Source of the DNA: Pseudomonadota bacterium
GTDB lineage: Bacteria; Pseudomonadota; Gammaproteobacteria; JAKAQQ01
Assembly: GCA_027320085.1 (NCBI GenBank)
Contig: DAHVLZ010000009.1
Span: 288,001-352,000, forward strand
Direction: 5' to 3'
Length of the DNA stretch: 64,000 nucleotides
Shown: positions 28,952 to 38,345 of the stretch, in pieces
Position numbering within the stretch: position 1 is the stretch's first letter
Layout: the number at the start of each line of letters is the position of its first letter
Program-made: the position numbers and the translations under genes
Notes under the pieces: generated by a model
What the model saw: only the letters and a program-made list of their open reading frames with translations
What the model was told of the DNA's origin: nothing
Database searches by the model: none

Positions 28952-29620
28952 ATGAAGGAACCCTACCCACCCCCCCAAGCGTTATGGCCAACCTCCTTCG
29001 ATCTGCTTATGGAAAGGGTCCGACAGTGCCAACATTGTGCTGGCCAGATTCCCGAACCGCGTCCCGTCGTACGGGCCCATCCACAGGCCCGTCTCCTCAT
29101 CGTCGGGCAGGCCCCAGGACTTCGGGTTCACCAGACGGGAATTCCTTGGAATGATCCCAGCGGTGAGACCCTACGCCACTGGCTACAAATCGAGCGTGCG
29201 TGCTTTTATGACCCGACGAAAGTGGCCATCCTGCCAGTCGGATTTTGCTATCCCGGGAGAGGACCCCATGGAGATTTCCCTCCCCGCCCGGAATGTGCGA
29301 TTCTTTGGCGGGGCTCCCTCCTTAGGCAACTCCCGAACCGCAAACTGACCCTCCTGATCGGCCGCTATGCACACCACCTCTATCAAGCTGAAACCCGGAC
29401 CTTGAGTGTGTCGGAGACCGTTCGCCAAGCGCACTGCTGGCTCCCCCAATTTTTCATGCTTCCGCATCCCTCACCCCGCAACCGGCTCTGGCTCCGCAAG
29501 CATCCCTGGTTCGAAAAAGAAACCCTGCCAAGACTGAGAACCATCCTCGAGTCCATCTGGGAGCCTAGTTCGGAACCCCCACAACCCTTCCCCTCTCTCA
29601 AGCAAGGAGTTCGACTGTGA
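28952..29620 (+). CDS. Uracil-DNA glycosylase superfamily protein
   Basis: CQHC, IVGQAPG, WNDPSG, GFCYPG, LPHPSPRN. Confidence 0.9.
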   Translation: MKEPYPPPQALWPTSFDLLMERVRQCQHCAGQIPEPRPVVRAHPQARLLIVGQAPGLRVHQTGIPWNDPSGETLRHWLQIERACFYDPTKVAILPVGFCYPGRGPHGDFPPRPECAILWRGSLLRQLPNRKLTLLIGRYAHHLYQAETRTLSVSETVRQAHCWLPQFFMLPHPSPRNRLWLRKHPWFEKETLPRLRTILESIWEPSSEPPQPFPSLKQGVRL

Positions 29621-30423
29621 TTCCGGTTTACCACGTTGATGTTTTTACTTCCGAATTGTTCCGGGGGAACCCGGCAGCGGTCTGCACCCTTACGAGCTGG
29701 TTACCCGATGAACTCCTCCTCGCCATTGCCGTGGAAAACCAGTGCCCCGAGACCGCCTACTGCATCTTGGGTCACAACCCCATACCTTTGCGCTGGTTTT
29801 CCCCACGCACTGAAGTTCCACTCTGCGGACATGCCACCCTAGCAACCGGTTTTGCCCTGCTCACCTTGGACCCAGGTCGTCGTCAAATTGATTTTGAAAC
29901 CGCAAGCGGCCCCCTCTTTGTCGAGCGTGCCGGCACACACTATGCGTTGGACCTCCCTGCAATCAGTCTCGGTGATCCGCTGCCTGAGGAACTCTCTGAA
30001 CGTCTCCTGTCAGGCCTTGGCATCCCGTCCGCAACGGGAACCTGCTTCGGCAACAACCGTCATCTCGTTGCCATTCTTGAACACCAAAGCGACGTCGAGC
30101 AGGCCCGGCCGGATTTTCCAGAACTCATGGCCTTGGATTCGCGGGATATCCTGATCACGGCCCCCGGCATCCAGCACGATTTTGTTTCACGCTACTTCGC
30201 CCCTACGATCGGCATTCCGGAGGATCCAGTTACAGGCTCGGCTCACGGCCTGCTGATCCCTTACTGGTCCAAACGATTGGGCCGTCAAGTGCTGAGTGCA
30301 CGCCAATGTTCGCCACGAGGGGGCGAACTGAGCGGGGAATGGCGGGGTGACCGGGTCCGTCTGGAGGGAGATTGCAGACTTTACCTGCGGGGAGAAATTC
30401 TAATCGACGGTAGCCCTTTCTAG
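29617..30423 (+). CDS. PhzF family epimerase/isomerase
   Basis: VDVF..GNPAAV, ETAY, RWFSP..EVPLCGHATLA, EDPVTGSAH. Confidence 0.94.
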   Translation: MIPVYHVDVFTSELFRGNPAAVCTLTSWLPDELLLAIAVENQCPETAYCILGHNPIPLRWFSPRTEVPLCGHATLATGFALLTLDPGRRQIDFETASGPLFVERAGTHYALDLPAISLGDPLPEELSERLLSGLGIPSATGTCFGNNRHLVAILEHQSDVEQARPDFPELMALDSRDILITAPGIQHDFVSRYFAPTIGIPEDPVTGSAHGLLIPYWSKRLGRQVLSARQCSPRGGELSGEWRGDRVRLEGDCRLYLRGEILIDGSPF

Positions 30424-30432
30424 ACCGGAAGA

Positions 30433-31800
30433 TCAGGTTTCGGGACTTTTTATGGGTAGACGCCGATGGGTACGCTTCCAGATCCAATAGACCGGGATAC
30501 CCATCAGGGTGAGCCCCAAGCTCACTAGCACATCGAAGGGTTTCTGCCATAGAGCACCCAGAAGCACCAGAATGGAAGCCAGGAGAAAAGCCCCCGGCAC
30601 CCAGGGATAGCCCCAAACCCGGTAAGGGCGCTCAAGATGAGGACGCTTCTGGCGGAGCCAGAATAATCCGAGGACAGACAACATCAGAAAAGGCCAGATT
30701 CCAAGCACATAGGCGGCAGCCAAGTCAGCAAAGCTCCGAAATGTGACAAAAATGATGGCCAGCACGGCATCCATGAGAATCGCCACATGGGGGGTATGAA
30801 ACCGGGGATGGGCACGCCCAACATTCCGGAAAAACAGACCGTCCTCGGCCATGGCATAGAACACCCGAGGGTCGGACATGATACTTCCGTTCAGTGACCC
30901 CAAAACGGAAACCATGACCAAGAGGGCAACGGCAACGGTGGCGAATGATCCGCCGAACGATGCCAGTGATGCAACAGCCACGGAAGGATGAGCCGCCACA
31001 CCGGACAGAGACAGAATATGGAGATAACCCCCATTGATGCCGAGGTAGAGTACGAGCACGAGGAGGGTTCCGACAATCAGGGAGAGCGGCAGGTTCCGTT
31101 CCGGCTCACGCACTTCACCTGACAGCGCGGTCAGGTTTTCCCAGCCGTCATAGGCCCAGAGGACTGCAAGAAGCGCCAACATCAATCCACCGAAAACACC
31201 AGGACTTGAAGGGGCGGTCGGAACAGGCGGTAACCGCGGCGCGGTGGATACGGCCGGGTGTACCCAGAACCAGAGCAGGAATCCAAGGCCGAGCAGGGTG
31301 ACCAGCTTGATCGAGCCAAACACATTCTGCACCCGTGCCCCCATTCCGACCGAACGGATCTGGATCAGGGCTACACCGGCAATCAGCAGAGCAGACGCCA
31401 AGTGGCGCGCAGTACTGCCCATTGGCAAAAATGTCGCCAGATACTCTGAAAAGATGAGCGACTGAGCCGCCCAGGAGATCGGATCGGTCAGCAGCCACAT
31501 CCAACCGAAGAGGAAGGCAGGTACCCGGCCGAAGGCTTCCCGAATATAAACGTAAAGGCCTCCAGCATGAGGATAGAGAGCCGCCAATTCCGCGATCGAC
31601 AATGCCCCGCAAAGAGCAATGATGCCTCCCGCAATCCAGACCCCATAGAACAGAAGTGGCGAATCGACATCCAGGGCAACTATCGATGGGACACGGTAGA
31701 GCCCTGTTCCAATCACGATACCCAAAACGACCATGATCCCGGTGAAGGGGCCCAAACGCCTCACTAGGCCGGTTTTTTCAGCTGCCACTTCTCCGTTCAT
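30433..31800 (-). CDS. APC-superfamily amino acid permease (LAT/SteT-like)
   Basis: VIGTGLY, AGGLYVYIREAFG, WAYDGWENL, PRVFYAMAEDG, RPYRVWGYP. Confidence 0.94.
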   Translation of the reverse strand: MNGEVAAEKTGLVRRLGPFTGIMVVLGIVIGTGLYRVPSIVALDVDSPLLFYGVWIAGGIIALCGALSIAELAALYPHAGGLYVYIREAFGRVPAFLFGWMWLLTDPISWAAQSLIFSEYLATFLPMGSTARHLASALLIAGVALIQIRSVGMGARVQNVFGSIKLVTLLGLGFLLWFWVHPAVSTAPRLPPVPTAPSSPGVFGGLMLALLAVLWAYDGWENLTALSGEVREPERNLPLSLIVGTLLVLVLYLGINGGYLHILSLSGVAAHPSVAVASLASFGGSFATVAVALLVMVSVLGSLNGSIMSDPRVFYAMAEDGLFFRNVGRAHPRFHTPHVAILMDAVLAIIFVTFRSFADLAAAYVLGIWPFLMLSVLGLFWLRQKRPHLERPYRVWGYPWVPGAFLLASILVLLGALWQKPFDVLVSLGLTLMGIPVYWIWKRTHRRLPIKSPET

Positions 31801-32792
31801 GATCGGGGATCCTTCCAGTGGTGCTGGGTCTTGGTACTACGCTTCGGTTGGAGCAGGCTGGGTCTTGCGCTTGAGTTTTCAAGATCTCCCTTCCGGATCG
31901 ACTGATGCTGGATCCCACCTCGCGCGTGGGTCACCCACTCAAAGTCGACGCCGGTCCGTTCTGAAAAGCGGGCACTAATCTCGAGTCCCAACTCTTCGCC
32001 CGGAACGAGTTGAAGGGGCTCCAAAACGGGTGCGAAAATCTGTTCCCAATGGGTGGTAGGGGAATCGGGTGCAGTCGAGAGGACGACTCCATCAATCAGG
32101 TCGGCAGTCCACCACATCGCAAACCCAAAGACCCATCCGGTCTGTTCGAACCGCCAATCCACTCGGCACCGTCTTCGGCTCCGGTAGCGGGTACCAAAAT
32201 CAATCCGATCCCAGACGCGCGCAGGTGGGATTCCTGCGAAGTCAGCCGACTGAAAGGTTCGAACATAGAGGTTCTGGCGGCTCAAATGGCTGAGGGGCGT
32301 CAAGTCCAGATCCATACCGTCGGCCCTCCAGGGGTCGAGTTCAGCCCAAAAACGGGCGCTCCCGACCGGCCGGATATACAGGGTCAGCGCATTCGGTATA
32401 CGGATTCCGCCCGGTACCAGAAACCGTCGCGCATCCCACAAAACCTCTCCGATTCCTTCCTCAAGCCCTAAATTGCCCAAGGTCTCGGAAACTACGAGAT
32501 CAACCGGCTCCGGGTCCAGAATCGACCTCGAATCCTCAGCGAAAACCTCGATCCGTGAAAGGCGGTTGCGACGCACAAGGAATTCCGAGAGTTTCGCCAG
32601 CGGAATTTCCCGCTCATAAAGTGTGGTCGAACGCGCCCCCAAGGCATCAGACATGAATCCCAGCCATCCGGTTCCGGAACCCAGGTCCGCCACGCGGGTT
32701 ACACCCGGCTGGATTGCCATTTTCAGGGCCTGGCAGAACGCCTCATTTCGGACACGGTCAGCCGCTAGGCGGCGATGGTAGTCGATCAGCAT
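31797..32792 (-). CDS. SAM-dependent methyltransferase of protein-arginine-methyltransferase (PRMT) type
   Basis: DRVRNEAF, VADLGSGTG, VDLVVSETLGNLGLEE, FLVPGG..IP, STAPDSPTTHWEQ. Confidence 0.85.
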   Translation of the reverse strand: MLIDYHRRLAADRVRNEAFCQALKMAIQPGVTRVADLGSGTGWLGFMSDALGARSTTLYEREIPLAKLSEFLVRRNRLSRIEVFAEDSRSILDPEPVDLVVSETLGNLGLEEGIGEVLWDARRFLVPGGIRIPNALTLYIRPVGSARFWAELDPWRADGMDLDLTPLSHLSRQNLYVRTFQSADFAGIPPARVWDRIDFGTRYRSRRRCRVDWRFEQTGWVFGFAMWWTADLIDGVVLSTAPDSPTTHWEQIFAPVLEPLQLVPGEELGLEISARFSERTGVDFEWVTHARGGIQHQSIRKGDLENSSARPSLLQPKRSTKTQHHWKDPRS

Positions 32793-32823
32793 GAAACGGG
32801 TTCCCCAAGAGCGAGGGGCTTGC

Positions 32824-32851
32824 TTGACAAGAGATTCCGCATCATTATGAT
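32824..32851 (+). promoter_or_regulatory. Near-consensus sigma70 promoter-like sequence
   Basis: TTGACA-16 bp-TATGAT, but the -10 element overlaps the likely ATG of the downstream ORF. Confidence 0.35.
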
Positions 32852-33440
32852 AAAAAGCGGTCAGGAGTGCTCACCCACGCGTAAACGGACCTGGCAGATT
32901 GCAGGCGCGATAATCCTCTCCGGAGGATTAGGTTCCTCGGCGGGTTGTGCCGTGAGTCCATTTCGCGCCTTTCACCCCGAGATTCAATCTGCACGGGTCC
33001 GGGCAAGCCCTATCTGGATCTATCAGGTTACCCTGCCGGGTGTGCTTCGGAACCCCGAGCACCAGCTGGTTGTCCCTGTCGACGTAACCTTCATCAATAC
33101 CAGCCGGGAGCCGATCAACAAAATCCAGTTCGTATATCTCACCTACGACAGTCTCGGGATACTTCGTCGCGATCGCCAGAACAATCTGCCCTTGGCGCTT
33201 GTGTTGCGTGTCCCGGGCCCCTTCGAACCGGGGCATGCCTACGAAGTAGATACCCAGCCCGAAGGACTACCGGGTCTCGGTACCTCATGCATTCGGCTGG
33301 TTTCACTATCGATCCACTGGCCAGATCGTGCCGTCAGAATCCACGGCAAGGCCTTGACCCAAGACCTTGCCCCCATACTGAGGAAGCATTGCGCAGACCT
33401 CGGACCCGCCATTTTTGTCCGTTCACAGGGCGGACGCTAG
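32847..33440 (+). CDS. Hypothetical protein, probable lipoprotein
   Basis: Basic N-terminus, hydrophobic stretch, SAGC lipobox-like motif; beta-rich body (VDVTFINTS..GPFEPG). Confidence 0.6.
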   Translation: MIKSGQECSPTRKRTWQIAGAIILSGGLGSSAGCAVSPFRAFHPEIQSARVRASPIWIYQVTLPGVLRNPEHQLVVPVDVTFINTSREPINKIQFVYLTYDSLGILRRDRQNNLPLALVLRVPGPFEPGHAYEVDTQPEGLPGLGTSCIRLVSLSIHWPDRAVRIHGKALTQDLAPILRKHCADLGPAIFVRSQGGR

Positions 33441-33458
33441 GAAACCGTGGCAAACTGA

Positions 33459-34007
33459 TCAGCCGGCCGTCTTTTGATCAAAATCCTTTAGAATCAATAG
33501 CGTGAGATCATAGTGAGGCTCCGCATAGACGGTCCCCTCAGCCGTATCGAAAATGATGGCAAAACGATGGGCTTGGGCATATTTTTTGATCAGGACCAAA
33601 AGACGGGTACGAATGGGGTTCAACAGCGCCACACGCTTGGCCTCGATACGCGAGTGTGTTTTCTCGTAGAGATTCCGGAGCGCCAGCTCACCCCGCTGGT
33701 AGGCAGCAATGTTCTTCTTCTGCTGTGCCTTCGTTTCGTGCGGAAGGTTCTTGCGCAGGAGTGTCTCTTCGAGGTGAAGTCGGTCCTGTGCCCGCTTGAA
33801 AGCCGCCGCTTGGCTTTTCACGTAGCTTTTAAGCTCATGTGAGGCCGCTTGGCCCTCGGTAGAGTGAGAAACGATGTAGAGAAGGTTGATGACACCGATC
33901 TTCTCGGATTGGGCTTTGGCAGGATGCAAGGCGGACACCCCCATCCCTAAGCCAGCGATCAAGGCAACAATGACGGTGGTCTGACGCACGGTACGCATGG
34001 ACTTCAA
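33459..34007 (-). CDS. skp: OmpH/Skp family periplasmic chaperone
   Basis: Signal peptide, KIGVINL, coiled coil, IIFD..VYAEPHYDLT. Confidence 0.82.
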   Translation of the reverse strand: MKSMRTVRQTTVIVALIAGLGMGVSALHPAKAQSEKIGVINLLYIVSHSTEGQAASHELKSYVKSQAAAFKRAQDRLHLEETLLRKNLPHETKAQQKKNIAAYQRGELALRNLYEKTHSRIEAKRVALLNPIRTRLLVLIKKYAQAHRFAIIFDTAEGTVYAEPHYDLTLLILKDFDQKTAG

Positions 34008-34215
34008 TACTCCAGCTGTCGCGGGATATCGTGGATTTTAAGGACTGCGATCTTGGGCCCCCCGGGAAACCAAATGGTTCCACAGGCCTACCCAACATGG
34101 GCTAGTCTACCAGACTGGCGGCAAAACCGGTCTTCGAGCTAGATCGTACCTAGGCTCCATATGACAGGACGGGCTAAAATGGCCTTGCCTTGGTACCCCA
34201 TAACCTAGCCTGGAC

Positions 34216-34995
34216 ATGTCAATCACTTTGGCCAGTTGGAACGTCAATTCGGTTCGTGCCCGCTTGGAACAAATCAAAGACTGGGTGCATCTGCGTCCGG
34301 TCGACATTTTGGCGCTACAAGAAACCAAGGTAGTCGATGCAGATTTCCCCCGTGAGATTCTAGGATCTTTCGGCTACACCGACATCCTCTCCTCGGGCCA
34401 ACCCTCCTACAATGGGGTCGCACTCCTGAGCCGGCGCCCCCTGATTGGCCCCCTTGAGACCGTGCTGGATCCCCTTCCTCTGGACTGCCGTTACCTCTCC
34501 GCTGAGATCCCTGAGAGTTTTTATCTCATCGACATTTACGCACCGAATGGCGAATCGCTGCAGTCGTCAAAGTTTTCCCACAAGCTCACCTGGTACGAAC
34601 GACTGATCGCTCATCTCGAACACCTGCTCCCCCAACATCCCAAAATTGCCTTGGTCGGAGATTTCAATGTCGCACCCACCGACCTCGATGTCCATGACCC
34701 TGAGGCTTGGCAGGATTCGGTCTTGACCGACAACCGGGCAAGAGACGCCCTCCGAGCTCTCGAGCGTCTGGGTTTCCAGGATGCCTTCCGCCTTCTCTAC
34801 CCGACGGAATCGGTTTTCTCTTGGTGGGATTATCGGGGGGCAGCCCTAAGGCGCAACGAAGGTCTCCGGATTGACCTCATTCTATTGTCAAAAGCTCTCG
34901 TCCCCCATCTTCGAGCGGCGGGAATCGATACAGATATTCGACGTCATGCCCGACCCTCTGATCATGTACCGGTCTGGGCTGAATTCAAACCATGA
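34216..34995 (+). CDS. xth: Exodeoxyribonuclease III
   Basis: SWNVNSVRAR, LQETK, YNGVA, GDFNVAP, SWWDYR, GLRID, SDHVPV. Confidence 0.97.
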   Translation: MSITLASWNVNSVRARLEQIKDWVHLRPVDILALQETKVVDADFPREILGSFGYTDILSSGQPSYNGVALLSRRPLIGPLETVLDPLPLDCRYLSAEIPESFYLIDIYAPNGESLQSSKFSHKLTWYERLIAHLEHLLPQHPKIALVGDFNVAPTDLDVHDPEAWQDSVLTDNRARDALRALERLGFQDAFRLLYPTESVFSWWDYRGAALRRNEGLRIDLILLSKALVPHLRAAGIDTDIRRHARPSDHVPVWAEFKP

Positions 34996-35369
34996 ATACC
35001 CCACGGACTTGGCCGACCGAAATCCGCCTAGATCATAAGCGGACATGCCTGTCGGTCCGGTTCGGTGACGGGCACTCCTTCAGGTTCCCCTGTGATTACC
35101 TGCGTGTCTTCAGCCCCTCAGCGGAAACAGGAGCAGCCATTGGCCGAGACCCCCAGCTTTGGGTCCGGGTTCCCGCGACCCTGCGCATCCGTTCGATTGA
35201 GCCAGTAGGCCGTTATGCGGTTCGCATCGTCTTCGAGGATGGCCATGACAGCGGGATCTATGCTTACGATTTTCTACGCGAGCTTGGCGAAACCCAAGTC
35301 GAACGCTGGTCCCGTTACCTGTACTATCTTGAATCGGTGCAAACCTCTTCGCGTGAGGGTTCAACATGA
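34992..35369 (+). CDS. DUF971 (gamma-butyrobetaine hydroxylase-like N-terminal) protein
   Basis: YLRVFSPSAE, IEPVGRYAVRIVFEDGHDSGIY. Confidence 0.9.
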   Translation: MNTPRTWPTEIRLDHKRTCLSVRFGDGHSFRFPCDYLRVFSPSAETGAAIGRDPQLWVRVPATLRIRSIEPVGRYAVRIVFEDGHDSGIYAYDFLRELGETQVERWSRYLYYLESVQTSSREGST

Positions 35370-36118
35370 ACTCAGGCGATCCCTCGACCCATTTTGGATT
35401 TGAAACAGTCACCCCAGAAGAAAAGACCCGCCGGGTGCGGCAGGTCTTTGAATCCGTGGCCCCCCGCTATGATGTCATGAACGATCTCATGTCCATCGGC
35501 CTGCACCGGGTCTGGAAATCGTTTCTCGGGGCCATAAGTCCGAGCTATCCAGCTCCACGGATCCTGGACTTGGCATCCGGAACAGGCGACCTCGTGCGAG
35601 TTTTGCGTCATCGCTATGGACCTAGCGTGGAGCTTATTGCCTCCGACATCAATCCTTTCATGCTGGCTCAAGGCCAGGAACGGAAGCATGCTTCCACCCG
35701 ATCCCTAGCCAGCCTCTATGTGCAAGCCGATGCCGAGCAGCTACCATTCCCCTCAGGCTACTTCGACCTCGTTACGCTGGCTTTTGGCCTTCGCAACATG
35801 ACTCATCCCGATAAGGCGCTCACCGAAATCCATCGCGTTCTCAGGGTCGGCGGGGTGACCCTCATTCTTGAATTTTCCCACCCGCGGGGCCGGGTTTTCC
35901 AGCGACTCTACGACACGTACTCCTTCGAGATCTTGCCACGTCTGGGCCGCTGGATCGCCCAAGACGAAGCCAGTTATCGTTATCTTGCTGAATCCATTCG
36001 CCGCCATCCGGACCAGGAGACTCTAAAACTCATGATGCAGGAATCCGGACTGGCCCGTGTGGAGTACTTCAACCTGTGTCGTGGAATTGTGGCACTGCAT
36101 CGGGGCTACCATCTGTGA
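35366..36118 (+). CDS. ubiE: Ubiquinone/menaquinone C-methyltransferase
   Basis: THFGF, YDVMNDLMS, LDLASGTGD, FGLRNMT, SYRYLAESIR. Confidence 0.97.
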   Translation: MNSGDPSTHFGFETVTPEEKTRRVRQVFESVAPRYDVMNDLMSIGLHRVWKSFLGAISPSYPAPRILDLASGTGDLVRVLRHRYGPSVELIASDINPFMLAQGQERKHASTRSLASLYVQADAEQLPFPSGYFDLVTLAFGLRNMTHPDKALTEIHRVLRVGGVTLILEFSHPRGRVFQRLYDTYSFEILPRLGRWIAQDEASYRYLAESIRRHPDQETLKLMMQESGLARVEYFNLCRGIVALHRGYHL

Positions 36119-36714
36119 ATTTTCTCCTGCGAACCTCTCGCCCTCTCGAGTTTTTGATCGACCGGCTCCTCGATCCTGTTTTTGCCGGGACCGATCTCCA
36201 GCACCGGCTTGCCGGTCGTAGCCTGATTGTCGAAATCACGGATCTCGGCTGCTCGTTCTCACTCGCTTTCCACCATCTCGGAGTTCGTCTCAGCCCCGGG
36301 TCTGGGGAACAGAGCGATCTCGTCTTACGGGGTACGCTGGGCGAGTTCATAGGACAATTACAGGGACTCTCGGAACCCACACTCCAGTTTGAAGGCGATC
36401 TCGGATTTGCCCGTATGCTTGGAGAGTTAGCCCAGCAGCTGCCACGGAAGCGCGACTTTTGGCTTAAGGCCATTCTGGGTGACCATCTGGGTCGCTGGCT
36501 GTCTCGTACCCTGGAGGACGGTGCACCATTCTTCCAAAAAAATGCAGCACAATTTGCGGGTTTCACACGAATCGGTCTCGAACGGATCGGATTTGGGGTC
36601 AACCTGACACACTTCTCATCCTGGCAGTCGACACTCAAGGAACTCGCGATGCAACTGGACACACTTGAAAACCTTGTCCGGGCCAGACAGTGGGAAGGGT
36701 ACCCTCCCCCATGA
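36115..36714 (+). CDS. ubiJ: SCP2-domain ubiquinone biosynthesis accessory factor (divergent UbiJ)
   Basis: Lies between ubiE and ubiB with 4-nt overlaps on both sides; LAGRSL, DLVLRG, FEGD, C-terminal coiled coil. Confidence 0.72.
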   Translation: MNFLLRTSRPLEFLIDRLLDPVFAGTDLQHRLAGRSLIVEITDLGCSFSLAFHHLGVRLSPGSGEQSDLVLRGTLGEFIGQLQGLSEPTLQFEGDLGFARMLGELAQQLPRKRDFWLKAILGDHLGRWLSRTLEDGAPFFQKNAAQFAGFTRIGLERIGFGVNLTHFSSWQSTLKELAMQLDTLENLVRARQWEGYPPP

Positions 36715-38336
36715 GTCCCAGAAACTGGCTAAGACTCATCTGGATCCAATGGATCCTCGTTAAGCATGGGCTGGACGACCTTTTGTTCGAGTGGACACCG
36801 CTGCGCCATGTCCGCCCTCTGCGACGGCTTCTACCTTGGCATTGGAAGCTCCGCAAGACACCACTGGCTATCCGGCTCCGATTGGCCCTTGAGGAACTCG
36901 GCCCACTCTATGTGAAGTTCGGTCAGCTTCTCTCCACTCGCCGCGACCTTCTACCTCGTGATTTCATTGACGAGCTCACGAAACTACAAGACCAAGTTCC
37001 ACCTTTCCCCGGCATACTGGCTCGAAATGCCATTGAAACCGCCTGGAAGGAACCCCTCGATCGCCACCTTGCCGCTTTCGACGAAACTCCTCTTGCGTCC
37101 GCTTCGATTGCACAAGTTCATGCTGCCCGTCTCCACAATGGCCGTGATGTCGTCATCAAAATAATCCGCCCTGGTATTGACCGACTCATCAAGCGGGATC
37201 TTATCCTGCTCGACCACCTGGCTTTCTGGATCGAGCGTTATTGGGGACCTGGCGTTCATCTTCATCCGCGTGCCATCGTCGCCAAGTTTGCGCAGACGCT
37301 GCACGATGAACTCAACCTGCTTCAGGAAGCCGGACATGCAAGCCAGCTCAGGCGCAATTTCCAAAACAGCCCCTTTCTCGCGATCCCCGAGGTTATATGG
37401 GAACTTACCCGCGAGCGGATCATGGTCATGGAACGGATCTACGGGATACCTATCCATGACTTTGCCTTGCTCCGGGCGCACGGGGTAGATTTCCGGGAGC
37501 TGGCACAACGGGGAGTCTCCATCTTCTTTACCCAAGTCTTTCGTGATAATTTTTTTCACGCCGACATGCATCCTGGAAACCTCTTCGTCGATGTCCGGGA
37601 TCCGCGCCATCCCTGCTACCAGGCAGTGGATTTCGGCATCATGGGTACACTGACTGAGGAAGACCGTCACTACCTCGCAGCCAACTTCCTGGCTTTTTTC
37701 AATCGTGACTATCGCCAAGTTGCCCGTCTTCACTTGCTCTCCGGCTGGGTTCCTCCCCAAACACCTCTGGACGAACTGGAGGCCGCAATCCGGAGTGTCT
37801 GCGAGCCAATCTTCAACCGCCCGCTCAAGGAGATTTCACTGGGCCAACTGTTGATCCGGCTATTCCAGACTGCCCGCCGTTTCAATGTTGACCTCAAGCC
37901 CGAACTCGTTCTCCTTCAGAAAACCCTGATTGCCGTAGAAGGGCTTGGCCGGCAGCTCGATCCGGATCTCGACCTCTGGAAGTCAGCCAAGCCGTTGCTG
38001 GAACGCTGGATGCGTCAACAGGTGAGCCCCTTCAATCTTCTGCGTCATGGAATCGAGAACTGGCCGGCTCTTTCGTGGGGCTTGCAAGCTTGGCTCGACG
38101 AGGCAACCCACCGGATGGCCCGGCATGGTTCTACGGATGCGCCGCAGCCAGTGGAACCAGCGGGGAAAAACCAGAGTTCCTCGCATTCATTCCCCATCCG
38201 TCTCGCCATCGCCGGACTAGTTTTGGCATCAGGAATCGCCTGGGTCGCACTCGAGCTGCCGCCGAAATTTCTAGGGCCTGCATTGCTGGTGCTATCCGGG
38301 GTTTTGCTGGCCTTTCTCTGGTGGCACCCACACTGA
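36711..38336 (+). CDS. ubiB: Ubiquinone biosynthesis kinase-like protein UbiB
   Basis: LGPLYVKFGQLLSTRRDL, ASASIAQVH, FFHADMHPGN, DFGIMG. Confidence 0.97.
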   Translation: MSPRNWLRLIWIQWILVKHGLDDLLFEWTPLRHVRPLRRLLPWHWKLRKTPLAIRLRLALEELGPLYVKFGQLLSTRRDLLPRDFIDELTKLQDQVPPFPGILARNAIETAWKEPLDRHLAAFDETPLASASIAQVHAARLHNGRDVVIKIIRPGIDRLIKRDLILLDHLAFWIERYWGPGVHLHPRAIVAKFAQTLHDELNLLQEAGHASQLRRNFQNSPFLAIPEVIWELTRERIMVMERIYGIPIHDFALLRAHGVDFRELAQRGVSIFFTQVFRDNFFHADMHPGNLFVDVRDPRHPCYQAVDFGIMGTLTEEDRHYLAANFLAFFNRDYRQVARLHLLSGWVPPQTPLDELEAAIRSVCEPIFNRPLKEISLGQLLIRLFQTARRFNVDLKPELVLLQKTLIAVEGLGRQLDPDLDLWKSAKPLLERWMRQQVSPFNLLRHGIENWPALSWGLQAWLDEATHRMARHGSTDAPQPVEPAGKNQSSSHSFPIRLAIAGLVLASGIAWVALELPPKFLGPALLVLSGVLLAFLWWHPH

Positions 38337-38345
38337 ATGAAAAGC

